Shown here piece after piece: positions 1 through 9,852 of a stretch of 64,000 bases of DNA. The stretch is from NCBI GenBank assembly GCA_964016885.1, contig OZ024743.1, positions 14,632,001 to 14,696,000 on the forward strand, written 5' to 3'. Origin of the DNA: Eledone cirrhosa (lineage: Eukaryota). A model generated the notes under the pieces. The model worked only from the letters and a program-made list of their open reading frames with translations. It searched no databases and was not told the DNA's origin. Every line of letters starts with the position of its first letter. Positions within the stretch are counted from its first letter, which is position 1. Position numbers and translations under genes: made by a program.

Positions 1-2863
1 AGACCTATCTATTTCCCTACAAAATACTCTATCTAGATATGATCTGGATGACCCTATGCGATTTGTCCAAGTCCACATTGGTACATTCGGGAAATCCATT
101 CGGTACCTGTCAGACAGTTCAAAACGTCTGAGCAGGTTGGTGAGACTCTTGCACCCTCCTTCCCTATCCACTAATCCCACACAATCCCAGCGTGCATCTA
201 AGATCCCGTTCCAGTCGCCCACTAACACTAAAGAGCGGGACGTTCCAAGAAAGGTCTCCAGACTCCGGAAGAAATCAGGCCGCCCTTCTCCTGTCGGGGC
301 ATAGACGGCCACTAACCTGAAAGCTTGCCCGTCTCCGCTGGTCACGTCCAGCACCACCAACTTACCTTCTGGGTCCAGGAAGATGGCCCGTATGGCAAGA
401 TCCAAAACTCTCCGAAAAAGCACAGCAACTCCTCCCCTTATCCCGGACGGCTGGGAGATGCGTACACATCGTAGCCGCCCAAGATCGGTGCGAAAGCCTG
501 TGCTTCGGAGATTCTGGTCTCGCTGATGGCCACTACATCTATGTTTAGTGACCTGAGGTCGTTGAGCAGGTGGCCCTGCTTCCATGACGACCCCAAGCCA
601 CGCGCATTTATGCTGCCTATTCTGAGTGAGGTCATGTTGAGAAGGCGTGGAAAAGATGGGAAAGACCACTTACCTTACTTCTCGTAGGGGAAGGACGGTT
701 TTTCCATCCTTTTCACTGCTTATAAATCCTCCTGGAGAGTGCTTGTCGGAAGTCTCCGATGTCTTTGGGGAATTTTTGTTTTAGTGTCATGTACGTTTTC
801 TGTGTGATGCGAGTGATTTGTATGTGTGGAGTTGGTGTGAATTTTGGGGTTGTTGTGTAGTCTTTTTCTGTGATGCTGGTGTTGTGTTGGATGTAGTGTA
901 ATAATTGCTTGTTGTTCAAATTTAATGCTGTGTAGTCTGTATCGTTTTGGTTGTTTTGTTTTGTTTGCGTTTGTTGTGGGTTTGTTTCTGTTTCGCCTTT
1001 TGGTGACTTTTGTGGTGTAGGTGATGGTGGTGTTGGGGTTAATGATGGTGATGGTGTTGGTGTTTGGGTTGATGGGGTTGGTGATGCTGGTGTGGATGGT
1101 GGCATATCTGTCCTAACTTTTTTGTTTCTAAATTTATTTGTTTCCCTCTGTATTTTATTTTTGGAGGGGGAAGGAAGAGAATTTTTTCTTTTTTGGTTTC
1201 TTTTTTTTTCCGGATATCGTTTCCCACTCCTCGTCGTCACAATCTTCTCCAGTTGTGATAGGCCGGGGAGTGGAAAATCCTCCACAGCCGTTAGTTTTGG
1301 TTGTGGCGTGGTGGATGGTGTAGGCGCTGGTGCTAGTTCTGAAGCGTTGGGTGGTGGTGGTGTTGGTTTTGCTGGTGGTGGTGGTGGTGTTGGTTTTGCT
1401 ACTGTTGCTGGGGTTGTTGCTGTTATAGTTGCATCTGTTGTTGCTGCTACAGTTGTTGCTGCCATCTCTGCTACTGGTGGTGTTGATGGTTGTGTCACTG
1501 GGGTGGGTAGGAGAGGTGGCCTCAACCTTTTAGCCTCAGGGCAGAAAGCCCTTAGGTGGGTTCCTTCACCACAAACGACACACCTAGGTCTTCTGCTCTC
1601 GACAATTACCGTGAGGTGGCTGCCGTCAGTGAGGTCTATTACCTCTGGGATCTTCTCAATGCTTTTTTGGTCCGCTTGGATCAGGAGCTCCATCCCAGAT
1701 CCGGACCAGTTCTCCTGCTTTTCTTTTGCTATTGCTATTATTTTCGTGTTGGCTTCGATGCCGGCGACGACAGCCGCTATTAGCCAGGGAATTTCGATGG
1801 CCGGTGGAACGTGGGTCACCCTGATCTTTATGAGTCTTTGGCCACAATAGCTTGGGACGAGTGTGAAGTCGTCACTTCTTAATGGGGCCATGGAGTGTTC
1901 TCTAGCCTCTCTGGTGTTTCAAAGAACACGTCCACGGTTCCATACTTTTGCCCACGTCTGATGTGGGTTTTTCTTGCCCACACATGTCCCAAAGCTTTTT
2001 GGATTTGGGACTCGGATGCCCGTTCCACTCGGCGCGATTTTACATTTATTGTTCTATACGACACGGTGCATAGGCGCCGATGCTCCATTTTATTAGGTGG
2101 GGGGGGGAGGCTGACCCTGTACCCATCTTTCTTTACCATTTGTTTGGCATTTTCTTAATCCTCCTGAGTTACCGTAAATGCTTCGAACTGTTTTGCTACT
2201 CTGGCGAAACTGAGGGGGGTTTTTATAATGTCATTGTTGTTGTTGTTGCTATTGTTAATATTAATTTTAGTTTCAGTTGTGGTGGTGGTGACGTCAGTCG
2301 TCTTTGGTGGGGAAGAGTCCATTTTGCTTGATTTTATTTCGACATCACGAGTTAATTTATTTTTTTCTTCTTTTGTTTCTGTTGTCGCGGTGGTGGTGGT
2401 GGTGGTGGTTGTCGCGGTGGTGGTGGTGGTGGTGGTGGTTGTCGCGGTGGTGGTGGTGGTGGAGGCTTTAACACCTGCAGTCATTGGTAATGGCGGGAAA
2501 TGAATGTCTGCCTGAGACAAATTTAAAATATTGCTAGTGCTTATATTTTCTTTTGTGTTGGCAAACGTAGTAACATTTACAATGGTGGTGTCGGTGTGAG
2601 GTGTTATTTTGTGAGGAAGGCTTTCAGCTGCTTCGTGCAGAGGTGAATTAGCCATTTTTATCAAAGAAATTTTTTTGATAATAATAAAAGTTTAAATTTT
2701 GGGCACAAGGCCCCAATCTTTTTGGGTGTCCTTTTCGGAAAACAATGTATGTGCGCTTATAAACAGTTAACAATAAAATTTTCCATAAATGACAATTTTT
2801 AACAAACGGAAATAACAAACCTTTGCGGAGCTGACGATGATACGATTTACTACGTAGGTTGCC
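1..2863 (-). mobile_element. L1/Tx1-like non-LTR retrotransposon, variant T-A, copy 1 (5'UTR, disrupted ORF1, start of ORF2; runs off window start)
   Basis: ORF1 pieces 2664-2155, 2139-1879, 1891-713 with CCHC knuckle CVVCGEGTHLRAFC; ORF2 start MTSLRIGSINARG (APE N-terminus) at 635 with an early stop at 438; 5' end GGCAACCTACG directly abuts the microsatellite. Confidence 0.9.
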
Positions 2864-2953
<90 letters not shown>

Positions 2954-2973
2954 AAGAAGAAGAAGAAGAAGAA
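2864..2973 (+). repeat. Compound (TAA)n(GAA)n microsatellite
   Basis: Read directly; the switch to GAA is at about 2926. Confidence 0.98.
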
Positions 2974-3613
2974 TCTGTGGAGAGAGAGAGGAGACTGTGG
3001 CTCACATTGTGTCCGAGTGTAAACACCTAGCCCAGACCCACTATAAGGGCTGGAGACACGATGTGATGGGCAGGGTGATCCACTGGCACCTGTGCAAAGT
3101 AAACAATCTACCACATTCTGAGAAATGGTATGAGCATAGGCCAGAGGCGGTGATGGAGAACAATCAGGTGAAGGTGCTGTGGGATTTTAGGATACAGACG
3201 GACAAAAAACTGGAACACAATAGACCTGACATGGTGGTTGTGGACAAAGAAAAAAGATCGTGTCTGATTGTGGATGTGGCCTGCCCGTTCGACACGAGAG
3301 TGCAAGAGAAGGAGAGGGAGAAAATTAACCGATACCAGGACCTAAAGTGGGAGGTGAAAAGGATTTGGAACTGCCATGAAGTCAAAGTGATCCCGATTGT
3401 CATAGGCGCACTGGGGACTATCTCCAAAAGTTTCCAGGGATGGTTAAAGAAAATCGGCCCCTTCACGCTTTTTGGAACGCTTCAAAAGGCATGCTTGCTT
3501 GGAACAGCAAGAACCCTCCGATACGTCCTGAATATCTGAGGCTGCAGGTAGTGGCTTGATATTCAAACCAACGGACTTTCCAGTTAACCAACATCAATGA
3601 CTGAGATTCAAGG
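2974..3613 (+). mobile_element. R4/Dong-like RLE element family D1, 5'-truncated copy (zinc finger, RLE, 3'UTR)
   Basis: ICGEREETVAHIVSEC, RHD, RPDMVVVD..LIVDVACP..KINRY; ends CAAGG then (AAT)n. Confidence 0.92.
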
Positions 3614-3623
3614 AATAACAATG

Positions 3624-3667
<44 letters not shown>
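3614..3667 (+). repeat. (TAA)n microsatellite between the converging D1 and Tx1 3' ends
   Basis: Read directly. Confidence 0.97.
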
Positions 3668-3669
<2 letters not shown>

Positions 3670-3917
3670 TTTCTTTATTAACCACAAGGGTTTACATAAA
3701 GTAGACATTAAGGACAGTGCAGGACAATGCAGGACGGTACAAATGGGCATTTCTGCGTGTAAAAAACAAAAACAGAGGATGTAACAAAAAATAACAATGA
3801 AAAATTCCCCAATAGGGGGGAGACTTCGGAGGGACATTTGTGGAGAAAGCCCAGTAAAAAGCCACAATGACCCTGACCACCAAGGCAAGTGCCCTCTCCC
3901 AGTTTTCCACCTTTAGT

Positions 3918-6900
3918 TTACAGATATATACTCAGAGTCGGCCCATTCACTCGGGCCATTCTTGCTTCTCTCACCCATCTTTCAACAAAATGCTGGGAAG
4001 AGAGCACTTCCTTCTCTACTCTGATTTTCCTTTTCAAATGAAATTTGAAAAAGTCAATCAGAGCATCACCGAAGAGGTAAGTGCTCGTCTTCAGCCCTTT
4101 CAAACGTGTCCACCATACTATCTCTTTCGCCATGGCCACCAGACAGATAAAAACTGCCTGCCCTTCCCGGCTAAAGGAGGAGGGCGGGGCAATCCTCACG
4201 ATAGACTCAGATGATAGCTGGATCCGTCCTAAACGCGACAGCAGGTGTTCGACATAAACCCACAAGTCAGCAATTTTCGGACACTGGACGAGTGCGTGCA
4301 GGACGGTTTCGTCGCCCTGCGCGCATCTCGGACATGCCCGGCTGACGGCACCTCCATGCCTGTAGAGTTTATCCCGAACTGGCAAGGCTCCTCGGTAGCA
4401 CTGTCAGGCCAGAGATTTCTGGAAGTTGTCCATAGGCCCTGGCCCGAAAGTTCTTCCGAAGAGATTGGCTAGTTGATTTTCGTCGACGCCTAGAGTTTCC
4501 CCAAGTACGTCGTCGCTCTTCCCCTCCACTAATCCTCTATAGAACGCCGAGGTGGAGTTTCCACCGATCACATTGCCCGATTGGTCGAGGGCTGTGAGCG
4601 CCTGAAGACATTCCAGTCTCCAGGCGTTCCCTCTCGGTCTTTGCTTGTCCCAGGACTGCAGCTCCGTCAAGGAAACGAGCTGGGGAAAAACGCGTCTAGC
4701 AAACGGCGACCACACCTGATCACCGTCGAGGAAGAGGTGGAGATGTCGTAGCCTGAGCGCGTGCCTGCGCATCATCAGCCACGGCATGCCCAGCCCTCCA
4801 CGTAGCGGGTGTTGACAACAGATGGACCGCCTGACCATCGGAGCGCGTCCATTCCACAAAAAGCGAAAGAGCAAACGCTCCAGCACAGTCAGGCGAGGCT
4901 TAGGACAAGGTACGACGGTTAGGCGGTAGCAGATGACGGACGGGATGTACGCGTTAGCCACCTCCGCTCGACCTTTCAGGGATAGCTTCCTCTCCGCCCA
5001 TTTCTGGGTGAGAGAAGCCACCCTGCTCGTCACCTCGTCCCAGTTTTTGTCCGTCTGGAGGTCCGGACCGAACCAGAGCCCTAGCAATTTAACCGGTCCG
5101 TCCGTCCAGCGTCCAACGACGCTGTTGGACGGCATGGACCTGCCTCTCCAGGTGCCGAGCTGCAGGCCCACTGACTTTTCCTGGTTGATCATTGCTCCTG
5201 TCACCGCTTCGTATTCTCTTAGTGTAGTGCCGATCGCCTCGATGTGTTTGGCGTTCGACACCACTACGGTGACATCGACCGCCTATGCTGATACGGATCT
5301 TCCGCATCCTAGTTCGCGCGGGACCCCCCTCAACGTCTCCAGTTTGTGCAGTAATGGCTCGAGAGTCAATACGTACAAGAGGGACGAGAGGGGACATCCT
5401 TGGCGGACCGAGCGCATGATGTTGAACGGTTCCGACAGGTGACCGTTCACTCTCACCACAGAGCAGATGTCGCTGTGCATGGCAGCGATCCAGCCTCTGA
5501 AGACGGGCCCAAAGCCAGCCGCCCTCAGGACTGCCGCTAGGTAACGATGGTCGACCCTATCGAAAGCTTTCGACTGATCTAAATTGATCAAGGACCCACC
5601 CGTGCCAGGTTCCCTAGCTACCCTCTCTACGATGTATCGCATGGGGTGGAGGTTGTCGTGGATGGATCTGTCGGGAATGGCGCATGTCTGCGCCTCTCCC
5701 ACCAGACCACCAACGACAAGCGCCAACCTCTTTGCTAGCACCTTGGCCAAAATCTTAAACTCTGTGTTTAGCAGAGTTATGGGCCGGAAATTGTCTATGT
5801 TATCCCCCTTGTTCGGATCCTTTCTCAGCAGTGCCACCGCTCCTCGGCTCACAGAACTGGGAATTCTCCCGTTCTGTTGCCAGTTGCAGTAGACGTCCGC
5901 CAAGAGGCCTCCGAACAAGTCTGGCATCTGTACGTAAAGTTCATAGGGCAGACCATCCAAACCAGGCGATTTACCCCTTGTGCAGCCAGTCATTGCCTCC
6001 CTTACTTCAGCGGCTGTTATCGGCTTTTCGCAACACTTCGCCTCAGTGGCCGAGAGCCGCGGCAGTCCGTCGAGGTAGACACTAAAGTCCATCCCTCTAC
6101 CCGGCCCACCGCTGCCCCCGAACAGCTGAGCGAAGTGTCGCTGAAAAGCTTCACACATTTGCCCGGGATCGAGTAGCATGCGCCCGTCGTGGTCCACCAA
6201 AGACCGGATCGTGGCTTTGTTGCCACGACGCGCCTCCGCCACTCGGGCCCATTGAACGGCTTTCGTCCCCTCGTGTCTGAGAGCACGCACCCTAGCTCTG
6301 ACAACGCAGCCTTCGTGCTTTGCATTGAAGAATTGGTCAAGGGCCAATTTCACCGCAAGCACGTCGGTCGCAATGCCTTTGCTAAGCGCCTCGTCTAATT
6401 TTCTAACTAGTTCTCCCTCTGCTCTATTTTTCTCTATTGCTAAAGCCTTACTAAACCTAATCGATTCTATTCTAATCGCTCTTTTCAGAGCAAACCACCA
6501 CTTGTTGTTGACGATGGCCCCCGTCAACGCCCGCTTAACTAGTTCGCTAATCCGGTCTCTGTAGGCCTTGCGCGCTGGTAAGGACGCGTTTAGCTTCCAG
6601 TAGCCGGGTCCTCGTCTATGAAGCCTATCTAAGTCAAGCACACAGATCACGAATTTGTGGTCCGTGTAGCTGACTATCTTGAATTGTGGACAGCCTATGC
6701 TAGACCTATCTATTTCCCTACAAAATACTCTATCTAGATATGATCTGGATGACCCTATGCGGTTTGTCCAAGTCCACATTGGCACATTCGGGAAATCCAA
6801 TCGGTACCTGTCAGACAGTTCAAAACGCCTGAGCAGGTTGGTGAGGCTCTTGCACCCTCCACCCCTATCCGCTAATCCCACACAGTCCCAGCGTGCATCT

Positions 6901-7337
6901 AAGATCCCGTTCCAGTCGCCCACTAACACTAAAGAGCGGGACGTTCCAAGAAAGGTCTCCAGACGCCGGAAGAAATCAGGCCGCCCTGCTCCTGTCGGGG
7001 CATAGACGGCCACTAGCCTGAAAGCTTGCCCGTCTCCGCTGGTCACGTCCAGCACCACCAGCTTACCCTCTGGGTCCAGGAAGATGGCCCGTATGGCGAG
7101 ATCCAAACCTCTCCGAAAAAGCACAGCAACTCCTCCACCCGATCCAGGACGGCTGGGAGATGCGTACACATCGTAGCCGCCGAAGATCGGTACGAAGGCC
7201 CGTGCTTCGGAGATTCTGGTCTCGCTGATGGCCACTACATCTATGTTTAGTGACCTGAGGTCGTTGAGCAGGTGACCCTGCTTCCATGACGACCCCAAGC
7301 CACGCGCATTTATGCTGCCTATTCTGAGTGAGGTCAT
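3918..7337 (-). pseudogene. Tx1-like ORF2 (APE endonuclease, RT, C-terminal CCHC), about 1139 codons with two in-frame stops
   Basis: GDWN, SYLDR, TDHK (APE); KSPGLDG, FRPITLLN, DQSKAFDRV, RQGCPLS (RT); CPRC..H....C; ORF pieces 7337-5283, 5264-4404 and 4385-3918 are in one frame; stops at 5283-5285 and 4404-4406. Confidence 0.93.
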
Positions 7338-7372
7338 GTTTAAAATAGAGTGGAAAAGATGGGAAAGACCAC

Positions 7373-9469
7373 TTACCGTACTTTTGGTAGAGGAGGGATG
7401 GTTTTTACATCCCTTTTCACTTGATCGTCTGGTGAAGGGACCGTTGAATCGTCCCTTCGGCTGGTCGTCGGCTCTTCTAAGAGAATGTCTGAGTATACTC
7501 TTCGATTGATGGTTCCTCCTAGGTCCCTGAAATCACCAACTGCGTTGGGGAATTTCGTTTTAATGTTTGTGTATTGTTTCTGTGCTATTTTTAGCAGTCT
7601 TATGTTAGTTGGCGTTTTGATTGGTGCTGGTATTATGTAGTCCTGTTGTGAAATGTCTGTGTGTTCAATTATGTAAGTCATTAGTTTCTTGTTGTGTGTA
7701 TTTATTGCCGTGCATTTGTTTTTCTGGGGGTGGGGTGTGGTTCTGCTATTTTCTTGTCGTTGTTGCTGGGTGTGTGTGTTTTGTTGTTGTGTTTGCGATG
7801 TTGGTGCTTGTGGTGGTGGTGTTGAAGGTGTTGTTGGCGGTGGGGTTGTCGCCGGTGGTGATGGTGGTGCTAGTGTGGGTGGTGATGGTGTTGGTGTTGT
7901 TGCTGCTGTGGGTCTCTTTGCAGTAGACTTTACCCTTTTCTCATTTCTTTCCTCCCTTTTCAAAGGCGACGATGCGCTGCTTCTGCGTTTGTGCCTTCTT
8001 GCGACCTTTTGCCATCCCTCTCCCACCTCACACTCCATGTCTGATTCTGTGAGGTCGGGGAGGGGTACCAGCTCCACTCTTTCACTTGTTGTTGTTGGTG
8101 ATGTTTGCACTGGAGTCTCTGTTGCAGCTGCATTTGGTATTGCTGTTGTTGTTGTTAATATTTCCACTGCTGCTGCTGTTTTTGATTTCCGTGGCGTGGG
8201 TATGGGTGCCACGGACCTATCGTTCCTGGTTGCCGCTTGTCCTGTTGCTGGTAGCCGTGGAGCCGGATTCGGAAGGAGGGGGGTTTTCTCCTTTCTCAGG
8301 GTCTTCTCGTTGCAGAAGGCCCTGAGGTGAGTCTTCGATCCACAGCGAAAGCATTTCGGGCGTTTGCCCTCAACACTTATGGGCAGTTGAGTGCCGTTAT
8401 CGAAGTCTATCACATCCGGGATAGCTTCGATGCACTCCTGGTTGGTTTGGATTAGCATCTCAATGGAGGAGCCGACCCAATCTTCTCTTACTTTTTTCTG
8501 TACTTGCAGTACAGTTGTTTTGTCCTCGATTCCGATTAGGACAGACGCGGCCAGCCAAGAAGGGGTCATTCCGGGGGGGACGTGGGTCAGTTTGACCCTC
8601 ACAATTTTTTGCCCGCAGTAGGAGGGCACCAACACCATTTCCTCGCTCCTTAGTGTCACTACTGATTGGGCCTTTGCCTCCTGGGGTGTGGCAAAAAGTA
8701 CGTCTACGGTGGCATATTTTTTGCCTCGGGTGATGTGCGTTTTCCGCTGCCACACAGACCCCAAGGCTTTTTGTATTTGGGCCTCTGTGGCTCTTTCCAC
8801 CCTACGGGATTTTGTACTTACTGTACGGTACGTGACCGTACAGTGCTCTTGGGTTTTGAAAAATTTTTCCGCTGCCTTGCAGATTGCTCGGTGTCCGTTC
8901 TTTGTCACCATCTTCTTCGCTTCCTCTAATTCCTCATTTGTTATGAGGATTGTTTCCAAGTTTTTCGCAATACCTGCAAATGAGATTGGTTTTTCTCTGC
9001 TGTTGTTGTTGTCGTCAGAGCTGCTGGTACTTTTGTTGTTGCTGCAGGTACTACGACTACTGCCTCCGCCGCTGTTGCTGTGGTTGTTGTTGGTGTTGCT
9101 GCTGCTAATGCTGTTGTTGTTTATGCTGCTGGTGATGCTGTTGCGGCTGCTACTGTTGTTTTCATTGTCACTGTTGCAGTTGTTATTACGGCTGCTACTG
9201 CTATTATTCCTGACGTCAGACGAATGAACTGGGTTTTCGTATTTCCCGCACACCTGTTTCGTCGCTGTCGTCGTCGTCGTGGAGAAACCTTGCACGCTTT
9301 GCACGAGACTTTTCTTTTCTTTCGTCACTTGCGAAAGAGAAGGGAGGGAGAGAGACACATTTAAAGAAGGGAGGGAGAGAGACAATCTTCTCTCTGCTGT
9401 AGTGATGATTGAGGAAGAAGAAGACGGAATGAGTGGGAGTGACGTATGAAATTTCTTTTTCGTAGCCAT
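7373..9469 (-). CDS. Tx1-like ORF1 (gag-like nucleic-acid-binding protein, 698 aa, intact)
   Basis: Open 698-aa frame upstream of ORF2; CCHC knuckle CFRCGSKTHLRAFC; Ser/Asn-rich and Pro/Thr-rich low-complexity tracts. Confidence 0.88.
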   Translation of the reverse strand: MATKKKFHTSLPLIPSSSSSIITTAERRLSLSLPSLNVSLSLPSLSQVTKEKKSLVQSVQGFSTTTTTATKQVCGKYENPVHSSDVRNNSSSSRNNNCNSDNENNSSSRNSITSSINNNSISSSNTNNNHSNSGGGSSRSTCSNNKSTSSSDDNNNSREKPISFAGIAKNLETILITNEELEEAKKMVTKNGHRAICKAAEKFFKTQEHCTVTYRTVSTKSRRVERATEAQIQKALGSVWQRKTHITRGKKYATVDVLFATPQEAKAQSVVTLRSEEMVLVPSYCGQKIVRVKLTHVPPGMTPSWLAASVLIGIEDKTTVLQVQKKVREDWVGSSIEMLIQTNQECIEAIPDVIDFDNGTQLPISVEGKRPKCFRCGSKTHLRAFCNEKTLRKEKTPLLPNPAPRLPATGQAATRNDRSVAPIPTPRKSKTAAAVEILTTTTAIPNAAATETPVQTSPTTTSERVELVPLPDLTESDMECEVGEGWQKVARRHKRRSSASSPLKREERNEKRVKSTAKRPTAATTPTPSPPTLAPPSPPATTPPPTTPSTPPPQAPTSQTQQQNTHTQQQRQENSRTTPHPQKNKCTAINTHNKKLMTYIIEHTDISQQDYIIPAPIKTPTNIRLLKIAQKQYTNIKTKFPNAVGDFRDLGGTINRRVYSDILLEEPTTSRRDDSTVPSPDDQVKRDVKTIPPLPKVR

Positions 9470-9684
9470 GTTGTTTTTTGTTTAAAATGAAATTTTGGGT
9501 ACAAAACCCCAATAACTGGTTATTTAACCCCGAAGGGCCAAATAACGGACAGAAAGACCCCTCTCACGAGGAGGAGGGTGTCTTTATCAACAATTTGGTT
9601 CAAGTTTTAAACAATTTACAATTGTTTTAACGGTTAAAAATTACTATACCTTACAGAGCCGAGCCTCCGTCAACCATGGCATTC

Positions 9685-9723
<39 letters not shown>
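9685..9723 (+). repeat. (TAA)n microsatellite
   Basis: Read directly. Confidence 0.97.
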
Positions 9724-9725
<2 letters not shown>

Positions 9726-9825
9726 TTTCTTTATTAACCACAAGGGTTTACATAAAGTAGACATTAAGGACAGTGCAGGACAATGCAGGACGGTACAAAT
9801 GGGCATTTCTGCGTGTAAAAAAAAG
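9724..9825 (-). mobile_element. About 100-bp 5'-truncated Tx1-like 3' end
   Basis: Matches 3668-3765 essentially exactly; (TAA)n on both sides. Confidence 0.9.
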
Positions 9826-9852
9826 AGGTTGAAATAAATAATAATAATAATA

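Larger units (their letters stand above)
3668..9684 (-). mobile_element. L1/Tx1-like retrotransposon, variant T-B, full-length copy 1
   Basis: Both termini in (ATT)n on the element strand; 5' GAATGCCATGG; 3' AATAAAGAAATC(ATT)n; ORF1 and APE-RT-CCHC ORF2 present. Confidence 0.95.

Noticed and set aside
951-1850. Long Gly/Val-rich ORFs antisense to Tx1 ORF1 (also 7689-8330 and 25134-25547)
   Set aside because: Shadow frames of Pro/Thr-rich low-complexity coding sequence; no motifs
2695-2715. GGCACAAGGCC in the T-A 5'UTR matching the SINE tail
   Set aside because: Only about 11-15 nt; compatible with chance
2859-2973. Poly-Ile/poly-Arg N-terminus of ORF 2859-3539
   Set aside because: Translation of the (TAA)n(GAA)n microsatellite, fortuitously in frame with a truncated D1 fragment
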